NCBI GenBank assembly: GCA_963664395.2
Contig: OY761159.2
Span: forward strand, 64,001 to 128,000
Length of the DNA: 64,000 nucleotides
Direction of reading: 5' to 3'
From: Candidatus Binatia bacterium
GTDB taxonomy: Bacteria; Desulfobacterota; Binatia; Bin18
The notes below the pieces were generated by a model that was given only the letters and a program-made list of their open reading frames with translations, made no database searches and was not told the origin of the DNA. How positions within the stretch are numbered: the stretch's first letter is position 1; every line of letters starts with the position of its first letter. Both the position numbers and the translations under genes were made by a program. Shown here one piece after another: positions 10,404-20,045 of the stretch.

Positions 10404-11138
10404 ATGACGCCTCAGCCCGCCCCTCTCTCAGATCAAGTTGCCCTGATTACAGGCGCGGGCCGAGGCATTGGGAGAGCTATCGCCCTCAGACTCGCTCAGG
10501 CAGGAGCGAAGACGGTTCTTGCTGCCCGGACCGAACAGGAACTCCAAGCAACAGCACGGAGCATTCAGGAAAGTGGAGGCCAAGCGCTCTCGATTCCGAC
10601 TGACTTACAGCAAGATGAGCAGGTCACAACTCTCGTAGAGAAAACGCTGACGCAATACGGACGCATTGACATCCTTGTCAATAATGCCGGCGGCGGGCCT
10701 CCGCGCACGCCGATTGTGAAAGCGCGCCTCACCGACTGGGAATACGTGCTGCGGGTTAATTTGTTCGCGGCCATGTCTCTCACCAAGCACATCCTCCCGT
10801 CCATGATCGAACGCCGGCACGGAACAATTATTATGCTGGGATCAATTGCCGGTTTAACCGGGCGGGCGGGCGAGGCTGCCTATGCAGCCAGTAAGTTTGG
10901 CTTGCGTGGGTTTACGCAAGCATTATTTGCAGAGGTTCGGCGCTACGGCATCAAGGTCTCGTTGCTCTGTCCGGGCTCTGTTGACACCACTCTCATTCCG
11001 CCCAACAAGCGTCTTGATCGCGACAAGCTCCTCAGTCCGAACGACGTAGCGGAAGCAGTCTGCAACATTGTGGCCTCCTCGCCGCGCGCCTGTCCGGCTG
11101 AAGTTATCCTGCAACCACAATTTGAGCCGTTTCAGTAA
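10404..11138 (+). CDS. short-chain dehydrogenase/reductase
   Basis: TGAGRGIG, LVNNAG, YAASK. Start set at ATG 10404. Confidence 0.92.
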   Translation: MTPQPAPLSDQVALITGAGRGIGRAIALRLAQAGAKTVLAARTEQELQATARSIQESGGQALSIPTDLQQDEQVTTLVEKTLTQYGRIDILVNNAGGGPPRTPIVKARLTDWEYVLRVNLFAAMSLTKHILPSMIERRHGTIIMLGSIAGLTGRAGEAAYAASKFGLRGFTQALFAEVRRYGIKVSLLCPGSVDTTLIPPNKRLDRDKLLSPNDVAEAVCNIVASSPRACPAEVILQPQFEPFQ

Positions 11139-11194
11139 ACCAGCCCTCAGCCCTCACCCTAGAGGATGCCTCAAAGAACCCCTACTATTCTCCT

Positions 11195-11926
11195 ATGGAC
11201 CTCACCGGCAAAGTTGCCCTTGTCACTGGCGGAGCAAAGCGTATGGGGAAAGCCATCGTCTGTGCTCTTGCCGAACGGGGCTGCAAACTCGTTGTCCACT
11301 ATCACACCTCTCAGACTGAAGCGGAAGAAACCGTTCGAGAACTCCGGAGTGCCGCTCATGAGGCTCTCGCGCTTCAGGCTGACATTAGCCATGAAACAGA
11401 TGTTGAGAGCATGATTGAGCAGGCGCTGGATCATTTCGGTCGCATCGACGTGTTAGTCAACAACGCGGCTGTCTTTTACCGCACCCCGATTGATACGGTC
11501 ACGTTTGATGACTGGGAACAGATTATGGACGTGAACGTGGACGGTAGCTTCTATTGTGCGCATAAAATCGGCTTGCGCATGAAGGAATGGGGCTGGGGGC
11601 ATATTATCAACATGGCCGATGTCGCCGGACAAAGCCCATGGGCCGACTACGTGCCCTACTCTGTCTCAAAGGCGTGCGTGCTGGCCTTCAGTCAGGGACT
11701 GGCAATGGAACTCGCTCCCGAAGTCATGGTCAATGCCATTATTCCGGGACCGGTCCTGTTCCAAGAGGACACGCCACAGGAGGTTCAGCGCCGCGAGATA
11801 GAGAAGACCCTGGTCAAACGCGCCGGAACCCCTGAAGAAGTCGCCAAGCTCGTTGTCTTTGTCGCAGAGTCCGATTTTAGTACGGGGTCGATGTTTTCGG
11901 TGGATGGAGGACGAGGGCTGCTCTAG
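11195..11926 (+). CDS. SDR, pteridine reductase-like
   Basis: TGGAKRMG (FolM/PTR1-like), HY..S, LVNNAA, YSVSK. Confidence 0.85.
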   Translation: MDLTGKVALVTGGAKRMGKAIVCALAERGCKLVVHYHTSQTEAEETVRELRSAAHEALALQADISHETDVESMIEQALDHFGRIDVLVNNAAVFYRTPIDTVTFDDWEQIMDVNVDGSFYCAHKIGLRMKEWGWGHIINMADVAGQSPWADYVPYSVSKACVLAFSQGLAMELAPEVMVNAIIPGPVLFQEDTPQEVQRREIEKTLVKRAGTPEEVAKLVVFVAESDFSTGSMFSVDGGRGLL

Positions 11927-12015
11927 GGCACACGACACTTCAATCGCAATCAGGACTCGGTCGCCCAGCATAGAGTGGCAAAATCCTCTACAGACCGCTA
12001 CACTCTCTCCCCATT

Positions 12016-12615
12016 ATGAGCGCTGAATTCTCCGCCCCCCCCCGCCTCACTCCACCTGCGTGGGAGGACGTATTCGGCAACGTCAATCCCGTCGAAGTCG
12101 AAATAGGCTCCGGGAAAGGTGCTTTTCTGCTGGCCGCAGCCCAAAGCACACCGGAACATAATTTCTTTGGTGTAGAGTTCTCCAGACGGCGGGTGTATCG
12201 GATCAAACAGCTGATCGAGCGCGAACAGCCCGGTAACGTGCTCGCTATTGCCGCTGATATCGGTTGCGTTCTCAAAACCCTGATTCGGCCCGAATCAGTG
12301 ACAACCTTTCATCTCTACTTCCCAGACCCGTGGTGGAAGCGGCGGCATCACCGCCGGCGTCTGTTTCGTGATGATTTCTGTGTTGTACTCACACGAGCGC
12401 TCATGCCCGGCGGAAAAATATTGATTGCCACAGATGTCCATACATATTTTATCGAAATAGTCAGACAATTGGAGTCAGTCCCTGAGCTGACACAATTCCC
12501 CTGGCAAAGAGACCAGCGGAATCAGAACGGTAGATTGATCCTGACCGACTTTGAACGTCAGTTTATGGACGAAGACAAGCCTATCCACTACGCCGGCTTC
12601 CGCAAAGAAGTCTGA
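12016..12615 (+). CDS. trmB: tRNA (guanine-N7)-methyltransferase
   Basis: EIGSGKG, FPDPWWK.RH.RRRL, ATD, TDFER. Confidence 0.9.
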   Translation: MSAEFSAPPRLTPPAWEDVFGNVNPVEVEIGSGKGAFLLAAAQSTPEHNFFGVEFSRRRVYRIKQLIEREQPGNVLAIAADIGCVLKTLIRPESVTTFHLYFPDPWWKRRHHRRRLFRDDFCVVLTRALMPGGKILIATDVHTYFIEIVRQLESVPELTQFPWQRDQRNQNGRLILTDFERQFMDEDKPIHYAGFRKEV

Positions 12616-12643
12616 CCAGCAAAGTGTGGCCACCAATCGCTTG

Positions 12644-14485
12644 CTAGGCTGCCAGCTTTTTTACATGTGCAACAATATGTTGGGCGCTGATGCCAAAGGC
12701 ATCCAGCAACTCTGCCGACGTGCCGGAGCGCGGGACGCCGTTCACGGCGAGTTTGTGGACCTTGACCGCATGAGCCGCAACCGCGTTCAGCACAGCGTCC
12801 CCCAAGCCACCGTCATAATAGTGGTCTTCAACGACGAGTACTGTGTTATTCGTTTGTCTTGCTGCAGCCAGTATGCCTGGGGCATCAATCGGTTTCACTG
12901 AATAGGCATCAATCAGGCGAATAGCGATAGCCTCGCTTTTGAGTATCTCGCTGGCCGCAAGCGCCTCGTGCAGCGTCACACCAGCGGCAACGACTGTCAG
13001 AACATCAGTATCACTGGACTGGAGCAGCTTGCTTCCGCCAATGGGAAACTCCTCCGTATTGGGATAGAGCACCGGCGTTGCCGGACGGGTCGTGCGAAGA
13101 TAGGTCGTGCCGGGCAGGTCGGGCATTGCAGCGACCAGACGTTCGGCTGCAACCGCATCGCTGGGGTAGAGTACGACCGAGTTCGGAATTGCCCGCATCA
13201 TCGCCAAATCTTCCAGCCCCATCTGAGACGGGCCGTCTTCCCCAATCGAGACACCACAATGCGAGCCGACGTATTTGATGGCAACGCCAGAGATTGCCGC
13301 CATACGGATATGGTCAAACGCGCGCGTAAGGAAGGCAGCAAACGTCGAAACAAACGGAATCTTGTCACAGGCAGCCAACCCAACCGCGGCTCCGACCATA
13401 TTTTGCTCAGCGATATAACTCTCAAAATACCGCTCCGGGTGGGCCTTGAGAAAGGTTTCCGCAAACGTCGAGTTCTTGGTGTCACCGTCGAGGGCGACAA
13501 TACGGGGATGCACTGCTCCGAGCTTGGCCAGCGCTGTTCCATATGCCACGCGGGTCGCAATCTTTTCCCCTAATTCATAGGTGGGAGCCGAGACAGTTCC
13601 GCTGGCACAAGCCGGAGAAAAACCATTGGTTTGCGGCCGGGTCACTGAGGGTATATTTGCGCTCCGGTTGAGTACCAACTCACCCAGCGCTTTGTCCAGA
13701 TCATCCCCCTTGACCGGCTTTCCATGCCAGCCGGGTTTATCCTCAAGAAAAGAGACGCCCTTTCCTTTGAGCGTCTTGGCCACCAACATCGTCGGCTGGC
13801 CGTGGGTTGCGTGGGCCTGCTTGAGTGCGGCCACGACCTCTCCGATGTTATGGCCATCAACGACAAGAGCATTCCAGCCGAACGCGGCAAAACGGCGCTG
13901 ATAGGTTTCCACGTCAAAGTTGTACATGGTCCGTTCGCTCTGCCCCAGGCCATTCACATCGACAATGCCGATGAGGTTGTCGAGTTGATAGTACGACGCC
14001 ATGGCCGCCGCTTCCCAGACTCCGCCCTCAGCGACTTCTCCGTCGCCCAGCAGGACATACACGCGGTAGTCGAGCTTATCCAGGCGTTTGCCATTTAGCG
14101 CCATGCCAACCCCAACCGAGAGTCCTTGCCCGAGTGAGCCGGTTGCGGCCCCAACCCATGGGATACGAGGCGTTGGGTGGCCTTCCAGGTTGCTGGAGAA
14201 CTTGCGGAGTGAGGGAAGCTGATCAACAGGCAGCGCACCGGCTTCTGCCAAGGCCGCATACAGGACGGGAGCGGCATGTCCTTTTGACATCACAAATCGA
14301 TCATTACCTGGGTGGGCTGGATTCGCAGGGTCAAAACGCATGTCTGCAAAGAACACCGCAGCCATAATATCAGCGGCGGACATGCAAGACGTAGGATGGC
14401 CCGACCCTGCTTCAGCTGTGGTACGAAGCGAATGGATACGTAATGTATCTGCGGTTGCCTGTAAAGCCTCGAGATCAACCATCAC
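12644..14485 (-). CDS. tkt: transketolase
   Basis: SGHPTSCMS, SKGHAAP, ATGSLGQG, TPP motif GDGE..EG.VWEA, IAEQNMVG, IGEDGPSQ. Confidence 0.95.
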   Translation of the reverse strand: MMVDLEALQATADTLRIHSLRTTAEAGSGHPTSCMSAADIMAAVFFADMRFDPANPAHPGNDRFVMSKGHAAPVLYAALAEAGALPVDQLPSLRKFSSNLEGHPTPRIPWVGAATGSLGQGLSVGVGMALNGKRLDKLDYRVYVLLGDGEVAEGGVWEAAAMASYYQLDNLIGIVDVNGLGQSERTMYNFDVETYQRRFAAFGWNALVVDGHNIGEVVAALKQAHATHGQPTMLVAKTLKGKGVSFLEDKPGWHGKPVKGDDLDKALGELVLNRSANIPSVTRPQTNGFSPACASGTVSAPTYELGEKIATRVAYGTALAKLGAVHPRIVALDGDTKNSTFAETFLKAHPERYFESYIAEQNMVGAAVGLAACDKIPFVSTFAAFLTRAFDHIRMAAISGVAIKYVGSHCGVSIGEDGPSQMGLEDLAMMRAIPNSVVLYPSDAVAAERLVAAMPDLPGTTYLRTTRPATPVLYPNTEEFPIGGSKLLQSSDTDVLTVVAAGVTLHEALAASEILKSEAIAIRLIDAYSVKPIDAPGILAAARQTNNTVLVVEDHYYDGGLGDAVLNAVAAHAVKVHKLAVNGVPRSGTSAELLDAFGISAQHIVAHVKKLAA

Positions 14486-14512
14486 AATTCTTGCCTCCCC
14501 TTAAATTTGAAA

Positions 14513-14540
14513 AAAGGGGCACGGTGTACCGTGCCCCTTT
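14513..14540 (-). terminator. GC hairpin with T-tract (REP-like), probable intrinsic terminator after the MoaD-like gene
   Basis: aaaggggcacgg-tgta-ccgtgccccttt; on the minus strand the stem runs into a T-run. Confidence 0.6.
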
Positions 14541-14581
14541 CCACCATCCCATACTCTGGCATGCTCGCTTCTTGTCTTTGG

Positions 14582-14839
14582 CTAACCACACCCCCCCCCT
14601 GCAAGCGGCGGAAAAATACTCAGCTCCAGTCCGTCTTCAAGGACCGTCCCAACTTCAACATACGTATCACCGGCAACGAGCATGCCGGCCTGCTCGCGTG
14701 GAATGTTTAGCATAGCAACCACATCTTGGACAGTTGCCCCAACCGGCAGGGAGAGCGAGATCCCATCCGTACTTCCCTGTGGTGTATATTTCTTCAGCGT
14801 CGCAAAAAGCTTGACGGTGACTGTGACGGAATCGGCCAT
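14582..14839 (-). CDS. MoaD/ThiS-family ubiquitin-like sulfur carrier
   Basis: MADSVTVTVKLFATLKKY...LEDGLELSIFPPLAGGGCG*, a beta-grasp pattern. Start set at ATG 14839. Confidence 0.88.
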   Translation of the reverse strand: MADSVTVTVKLFATLKKYTPQGSTDGISLSLPVGATVQDVVAMLNIPREQAGMLVAGDTYVEVGTVLEDGLELSIFPPLAGGGCG

Positions 14840-14849
14840 ATTCTTCAGA

Positions 14850-16103
14850 TTAGTACTGCGGAACGCGGTGACTGACGTCCGCATACACAAACTTAGGCTG
14901 GCGACCGTTCTGAAAGCCTTGCCATTTCTCACGCCGGCGGATGGCGCTGTGAATGACTCCCATCTCGGCGACGCCGTTTTCATCACCCAGATATACTGCG
15001 CCCACTATACTTCCCTCTTTGTCCACTACCACCTTACGATACAGGCCGTTCGTGCCTGGACTGAGCAGTTTGACTTCGTCCTCCGGCCCTTCGCGAAAGC
15101 GTCCTAATTGAGCCAGGGTCACCTGAAAGAGCTCAACAACATTCATCCCCAGACTCCCTGGATAGGCTTGTTGAGCGCCAGCCATATTAGCACCCGCAAC
15201 ACGCCCCTGTTCAACAGCAGTCGGCCAGATAGCATAGATGGAGCGCTCATCAGACAAAAAGTCGGGCGTTTCCGCCACATCTCCAGCTGCATAAATATCG
15301 GGCTGGCTGGACTGGAGATATTCATCGACGAGCACACCTGTACTGACCTCAACCGCACTGTTTTGCAGGCACTCGATATTCGGCTTCACGCCAGTCGCGA
15401 CCACGGCCATATCCACACTCAAAGCCTCTCCATCCTTCAAAGAGACGGTGATACCGGCGTCCGTTTGTTCAAGCCCAGCAACCATAGAGTCCGTTTTAAC
15501 CGTCACTCCATCATCACGGACTGCTTGCAAGAAGAGCTTCCCTGCGCCTTCATCAAGGAGCTGGGGCAGCAAGATGGGCGCGACCTCAACAATGGTAAGT
15601 TTGATCCTCAGCTTTCGGAGCGCTTCGGCAGCCAGCATGCCAATAAAGCCGCCGCCAATCACGACAGCTGTCGACGCCTTTTCTGCTGCCTGTTTCATAC
15701 CAATTGCATCGTCCAAGGTCCACAAATAATGGTGCGGCACTTGGTCCAGACCCCGGATTGGCGGCGCTATCGTCTCTGAACCCGTCCCAATAAGGAGCTT
15801 GTCATACGCGACCCTTTGCCCGCTTTCCAACTCGACCTGTTTATTTGCCGGGTCGATAGCCGTGACGTTCGACGTCTCAGTCAAAGAGACGCCCATCTTG
15901 GTATAATCAGTTTTCTGTCGGATCAGCAGGGCCTCCAGCGTCATTTCACCAGCAACATAGTAGGGCAGTGCGACACGTGAGTACGCCGGTCCTTCTTCCC
16001 GGTTGATGAGGGTAATCTCGCCAGCCGGGTCATGTTTGCGAATGCCATCAACCGCGGCGAGCGCCGCCGCGCTGTTTCCGATCAGGACATATTTCGTTGC
16101 CAT
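14850..16103 (-). CDS. NAD(P)/FAD-dependent oxidoreductase (NirB/AorC-like)
   Basis: LIGNSAAA, YDKLLIGTGS, VIGGGFIG, ATGVKPN, IYAAGDVAE. Confidence 0.9.
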   Translation of the reverse strand: MATKYVLIGNSAAALAAVDGIRKHDPAGEITLINREEGPAYSRVALPYYVAGEMTLEALLIRQKTDYTKMGVSLTETSNVTAIDPANKQVELESGQRVAYDKLLIGTGSETIAPPIRGLDQVPHHYLWTLDDAIGMKQAAEKASTAVVIGGGFIGMLAAEALRKLRIKLTIVEVAPILLPQLLDEGAGKLFLQAVRDDGVTVKTDSMVAGLEQTDAGITVSLKDGEALSVDMAVVATGVKPNIECLQNSAVEVSTGVLVDEYLQSSQPDIYAAGDVAETPDFLSDERSIYAIWPTAVEQGRVAGANMAGAQQAYPGSLGMNVVELFQVTLAQLGRFREGPEDEVKLLSPGTNGLYRKVVVDKEGSIVGAVYLGDENGVAEMGVIHSAIRRREKWQGFQNGRQPKFVYADVSHRVPQY

Positions 16104-16136
16104 AACCGCCCCCGTGGCTTAGCGTTTCAAGTCCGC

Positions 16137-16619
16137 TTACTCGCTTTGTCCGTGGGCAGGTGGCAGTCCTAAGGCGGCGGCAGCTTTCTGCTTGGCGAGC
16201 GCTTCGACAGAAACCACGTCGGCATATTCAAGCGCCCCCGGAGTACAGAACTCAACACATTGGGGGGTGTTGTCGTCACACAAGTCACAGTTGTGGGCGA
16301 CGCCGGTATCAGGAGAGAAGCCCATCACGCCGAACGGGCAGGCCAGGAGGCACATTTTACAGCCGATACAGCGATCGGCTAGGACTCGGACCTGACCGTC
16401 AGGCTGACGCTGGATGGCCATGGTCGGACACACCGTTGCACACGGGGCGTCAGCGCAATGGACACACACCATGGGCTGGTAGAATTGTTCTTCGTAGAAA
16501 TCAGCGACCCGGATACGGGAGAGCGTCGGCAGGAATTTCCCCTCATGCGAAAAGGAACAGGCCAGCTCGCATTCCCGACAGGCCGTGCATTTTTCCTGGT
16601 GCACAACGATCTGCTTCAT
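16137..16619 (-). CDS. multi-[4Fe-4S] electron-transfer subunit (DmsB/CooF/AorA-like)
   Basis: CTACRECELAC, CVHCADAPCATVCP, CIGCKMCLLACP, CDLC...CVEFC. Confidence 0.92.
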   Translation of the reverse strand: MKQIVVHQEKCTACRECELACSFSHEGKFLPTLSRIRVADFYEEQFYQPMVCVHCADAPCATVCPTMAIQRQPDGQVRVLADRCIGCKMCLLACPFGVMGFSPDTGVAHNCDLCDDNTPQCVEFCTPGALEYADVVSVEALAKQKAAAALGLPPAHGQSE

Positions 16620-16664
16620 ATGCCCTCCTAGACCTCGTTCGTCGCTTCAACAGACCTGCCGGGG

Positions 16665-17843
16665 CTACGCCGCGTTGACCGGCCGCAAGCCGCAAAACTC
16701 TTCATAATCGATCAGTTCCGTGATTTTCGGATTTTCACTGCAGACCAAACAGTTCGGATCTTTTCGCAGTTTGAACACCCGAATTTCTGCGCTGAGGGTG
16801 TCAAAATGCATCATCCGTCCGACCAGCGGCCTGCCAGCACCGAGGATAACCTTAATCGCTTCAAGCGCTTGCATGCAGCCGACGAGGCCGGGCAAAACAC
16901 CGAGTACACCAGCTTCCGCACAGCTCGGCGCTGCCCCTGGTGGTGGTGGCTCAGGAAATAAACAGCGATAGCATGGGCCTTCGTTCGGATCGACAACCGT
17001 GACCTGGCCCTCAAACTGGAAGATTGACCCATCGACAAGGATCTTCTTGGCCATGATACAGGCATCGTTGATGAGATAGCGGGTCGGGAAATTATCACAC
17101 CCGTTCACCACGATATCGAAGTCGTCAATAATGCGCATGACATTATCGGAAGATAAGCGCTCTTGGAATTGAACAACGTTCACATCCGGGTTGAGCGCGT
17201 TCAGGGTCATCTGGGCCGACTGTACCTTAGGCATACCGACCCGATCGTTGGTGTGCAGGATCTGGCGTTGAAGATTACTCATATCGACGGTGTCATGATC
17301 GGCAATGCCTATCGTGCCTACCCCAGCTGCGGCCAGATACAATGCCACCGGCGACCCGAGGCCACCCGCACCAACGCACAACACTTTGGCGTCAAGCAGC
17401 TTGGCTTGGCCCTGTTCCCCGACTTCCGGCAGGGTGAAATGGCGCGCATAACGCGTAATCTGGTCCGGGGTGAACTGTCGGTCCGCCACCCATTTATAGC
17501 CGGCATTTTTCCAGGCCGTATAGCCGCCGGACATGGAAGTCACATTTTCATAGCCCATTTCTTTGAGCGTGCGAGCGGCGATGAGCGAGCGGACGCCGCC
17601 AGCACAATACGCCACTATGGGCGTGCTCTTATCCGGCACGGTCTCTTCGACTCGCATTTCGAGAAATCCGCGTGGGAGTGGGACAGACCCTTCGAGATGG
17701 CCTTCGCGATACTCTTCGCGTTCCCGTACATCGAGCAAGGTTGGCCGCACGCCGTTTTCCATATGCGCCTTCACCTCGTCAATCGTGACTTCCGGTACGG
17801 CGTCTCGGGCTTCGTCCATGAGTTCCTGGTAGGTCTTTGCCAT
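16665..17843 (-). CDS. moeB: rhodanese-MoeB/ThiF adenylyltransferase fusion
   Basis: N-terminal rhodanese (DVRE.EE, YCAGGVRS), then RYARH..L, GAGGLG, SNLQRQ, CYRC, C.EAGVLG, C..C. Confidence 0.92.
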   Translation of the reverse strand: MAKTYQELMDEARDAVPEVTIDEVKAHMENGVRPTLLDVREREEYREGHLEGSVPLPRGFLEMRVEETVPDKSTPIVAYCAGGVRSLIAARTLKEMGYENVTSMSGGYTAWKNAGYKWVADRQFTPDQITRYARHFTLPEVGEQGQAKLLDAKVLCVGAGGLGSPVALYLAAAGVGTIGIADHDTVDMSNLQRQILHTNDRVGMPKVQSAQMTLNALNPDVNVVQFQERLSSDNVMRIIDDFDIVVNGCDNFPTRYLINDACIMAKKILVDGSIFQFEGQVTVVDPNEGPCYRCLFPEPPPPGAAPSCAEAGVLGVLPGLVGCMQALEAIKVILGAGRPLVGRMMHFDTLSAEIRVFKLRKDPNCLVCSENPKITELIDYEEFCGLRPVNAA

Positions 17844-17864
17844 ATTCTGCCTCCGGGGGAGAGG

Positions 17865-18476
17865 TTATGAGGCGCCAGGAGCGCCAATCTCCCTTGACAA
17901 TCTCTGCTCTGCTTCCTGGTAACTCTCCAGCATCTCAGTCATGAGGGAATCCCGTCCACCCGTCGCCAGTGTTCGGGAACGATTCATAAGGACTTCTTTG
18001 GACTCGATAAAATCTTGGCGGGCATAGCCCCAAATGCGCGGATGAACAGAGGTATCCATCCGTATGGCGTCACACGGACAGGCTTCCACGCACATCCCGC
18101 AGTAGATGCAGCGCAAGGTATCGATTTCATACCGCAACGGAAATTTTTCCACTTCGGGATCAGGATGTTCCCCGGCTTCGATATGAATGCAATTGGCCGG
18201 GCAGGCCGTTGCACACAGAAAGCACGAGGTGCAGCGGACCGAGCCGTCTTCTTTGAGCGTCAAACGATGACTGCCACGGTAGACGTCCGGGTACCGCTTG
18301 CGCTCTTCCGGGTATTGAACCGTATACGCGGCTCGCGTCTCTTTTGCAAAGCCGAGAGCGTGCAGGAGATGGAGCGTGAGATTTCGCCAGAAGTGGGACA
18401 TCGTGACAAGAAGACCACGAACAATTTCCGGAATATACAACCGCTCCCACCAAGTCATCTCTTCTTTACGTTTCAT
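17865..18476 (-). CDS. nuoI: NADH-quinone oxidoreductase subunit I-like 2x[4Fe-4S] protein (stand-alone)
   Basis: T.QYPEE, RG.HRL, CTSCFLCATACP, RCIYCGMCVEACP.DAI. Confidence 0.85.
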   Translation of the reverse strand: MKRKEEMTWWERLYIPEIVRGLLVTMSHFWRNLTLHLLHALGFAKETRAAYTVQYPEERKRYPDVYRGSHRLTLKEDGSVRCTSCFLCATACPANCIHIEAGEHPDPEVEKFPLRYEIDTLRCIYCGMCVEACPCDAIRMDTSVHPRIWGYARQDFIESKEVLMNRSRTLATGGRDSLMTEMLESYQEAEQRLSREIGAPGAS

Positions 18477-18494
18477 GGTGTCCTATCTACCTCC

Positions 18495-18523
18495 GTATAA
18501 TAGTATACGTGCCACTATTATAC
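18495..18523. promoter_or_regulatory. perfect inverted repeat, candidate operator
   Basis: GTATAATAGT-N9-ACTATTATAC just upstream of the nuoI-like gene; a further half-site CACTATTAT at 18531-18539. Confidence 0.45.
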
Positions 18524-18569
18524 TGCACCTCACTATTATGAGGGGACCCGTGTTTGTCAAGGCAGTTTT

Positions 18570-19244
18570 TTAGTGGAGACGACCTTTTCCCCCACCTTCT
18601 GGCCAGCGGCTCTCTGACAACTTGAATTCAAGAATATCCCCTAAGCAGGTAGCGCGCTTGCCTAGCGTTGCGGCATCAAGCACGCTTTGCTTCTCAATGG
18701 GCAGGAGATCGAGCTGGAAGGCAAAGAAGTTAATGAAGAGTTCGTCATTAACACTGGGATCTGCCAGGAATTTCTGTACAACCTCGTCTTTTTGCAAATA
18801 GGACGATAATAGCTTCCCGACGGCCTCACGTTGCCCCGGCTCAAGGGTCTGGTTCCTGTGCGGGAGCCATTCTACCCGTGCCTGACGATAGCTCTTGTCG
18901 TGAAATTCTTCCTGAATGCGATATTCACGCAGCCCCTGCAGGAGAATATTAAACCGACCGTCCGGGAACGGCACGGTCTTCACCACCTTCCCCACGCAGC
19001 CGGTAGAGAAAACTTGAGGATTGCCTTCATACTGCCCTTGCCATTCACCACGGAGCAAGGCCATTCCGATGAGCGGCGGCTCTGCCTCAACGACATCTCG
19101 GACCATGGCGCGGTAGCGGGGCTCAAAGATATGCAGCGGAAGCTGCACACGCGGGAAAAGGACAACGTTCGGCAATGGGAAAACGGGAATAATGTCGGAC
19201 AGTTCAGACACAGCAACCTCGCCTTTCTCACAGAGACACGGCAC
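18570..19244 (-). CDS. LON peptidase substrate-binding (LON-N) domain protein
   Basis: IPVFPLPNVVLFP..LPLHIFEPRYRAMV, DGRFNILLQG. True start probably the GTG near 19211. Confidence 0.9.
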   Translation of the reverse strand: MPCLCEKGEVAVSELSDIIPVFPLPNVVLFPRVQLPLHIFEPRYRAMVRDVVEAEPPLIGMALLRGEWQGQYEGNPQVFSTGCVGKVVKTVPFPDGRFNILLQGLREYRIQEEFHDKSYRQARVEWLPHRNQTLEPGQREAVGKLLSSYLQKDEVVQKFLADPSVNDELFINFFAFQLDLLPIEKQSVLDAATLGKRATCLGDILEFKLSESRWPEGGGKGRLH

Positions 19245-19292
19245 ATCTGAGCTGCCGGTATTTTCCCTATCCGGGACGATACCGGACAGACC

Positions 19293-19910
19293 CTACGACA
19301 TGTTGAGCTCTTTCAGCAGCTGTACCACAGACGGACGTTGCGATAAGCGTTTAATCCAATCAGAGACACTTTTGAGTCGAGAAGGCAGTTCAACCCCAAG
19401 CTGCGACAGAATCAACAGCCGTGGAGTAAAAGCGAGGTCGGCTAACGAAAAGTCATCAACTAAGTATTCTTTGCCGTTCAGATGCCGGTCAAGGAATTCG
19501 AGCACACGAATGAGGTCTCCCTGATAGCGCTGGACTCGCTCTTGGTCGATTTGATCTTCGGGTTTCCGCAGTTCTGCATAGAGCAGCCCACATTGTACCG
19601 TAAAGGACGTGTCAGCAAAGTCTTCAAACATCCGGGCCCGGGCCCGGGCCCCGGAAGGCTCAGGCCGCAGTGGGGGATGCGGATATTCATCATCAAGGTA
19701 TTCGTTAATAAACGTCGAGTCGTAAATGATTTCTTCGTCATCAGCGAGGACCGGCACCTTGCCGTACGGATTTAACCGGAGAAATTCAGGACTGCGCTGT
19801 TCGTTTTTCGTCAGATCAACAAAGACTTTACCGTAAGATAGCTCTTTTTCAGTCAGTACGAGGCGTACTTTTTGGCAGTAGGGACTGAGAGGGAAGTCGT
19901 ACAATTTCAT
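19293..19910 (-). CDS. glutathione S-transferase family protein
   Basis: SPYCQKVR, LNPYGKVPVL, YDST.INEYL, FSLADLA. Confidence 0.93.
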   Translation of the reverse strand: MKLYDFPLSPYCQKVRLVLTEKELSYGKVFVDLTKNEQRSPEFLRLNPYGKVPVLADDEEIIYDSTFINEYLDDEYPHPPLRPEPSGARARARMFEDFADTSFTVQCGLLYAELRKPEDQIDQERVQRYQGDLIRVLEFLDRHLNGKEYLVDDFSLADLAFTPRLLILSQLGVELPSRLKSVSDWIKRLSQRPSVVQLLKELNMS

Positions 19911-20045
19911 GGTTCTACTCTCCTGTCTGATGCCATGGTAGTGTAGTTAAAAATAAAGGAGCTGGCAAATAAAAGATGCTGCTCCTTCCGTATCTACCAA
20001 GGGCTGGACTCAACTTCTGCTTCGTAATAGCGCAGCGTACCACTC

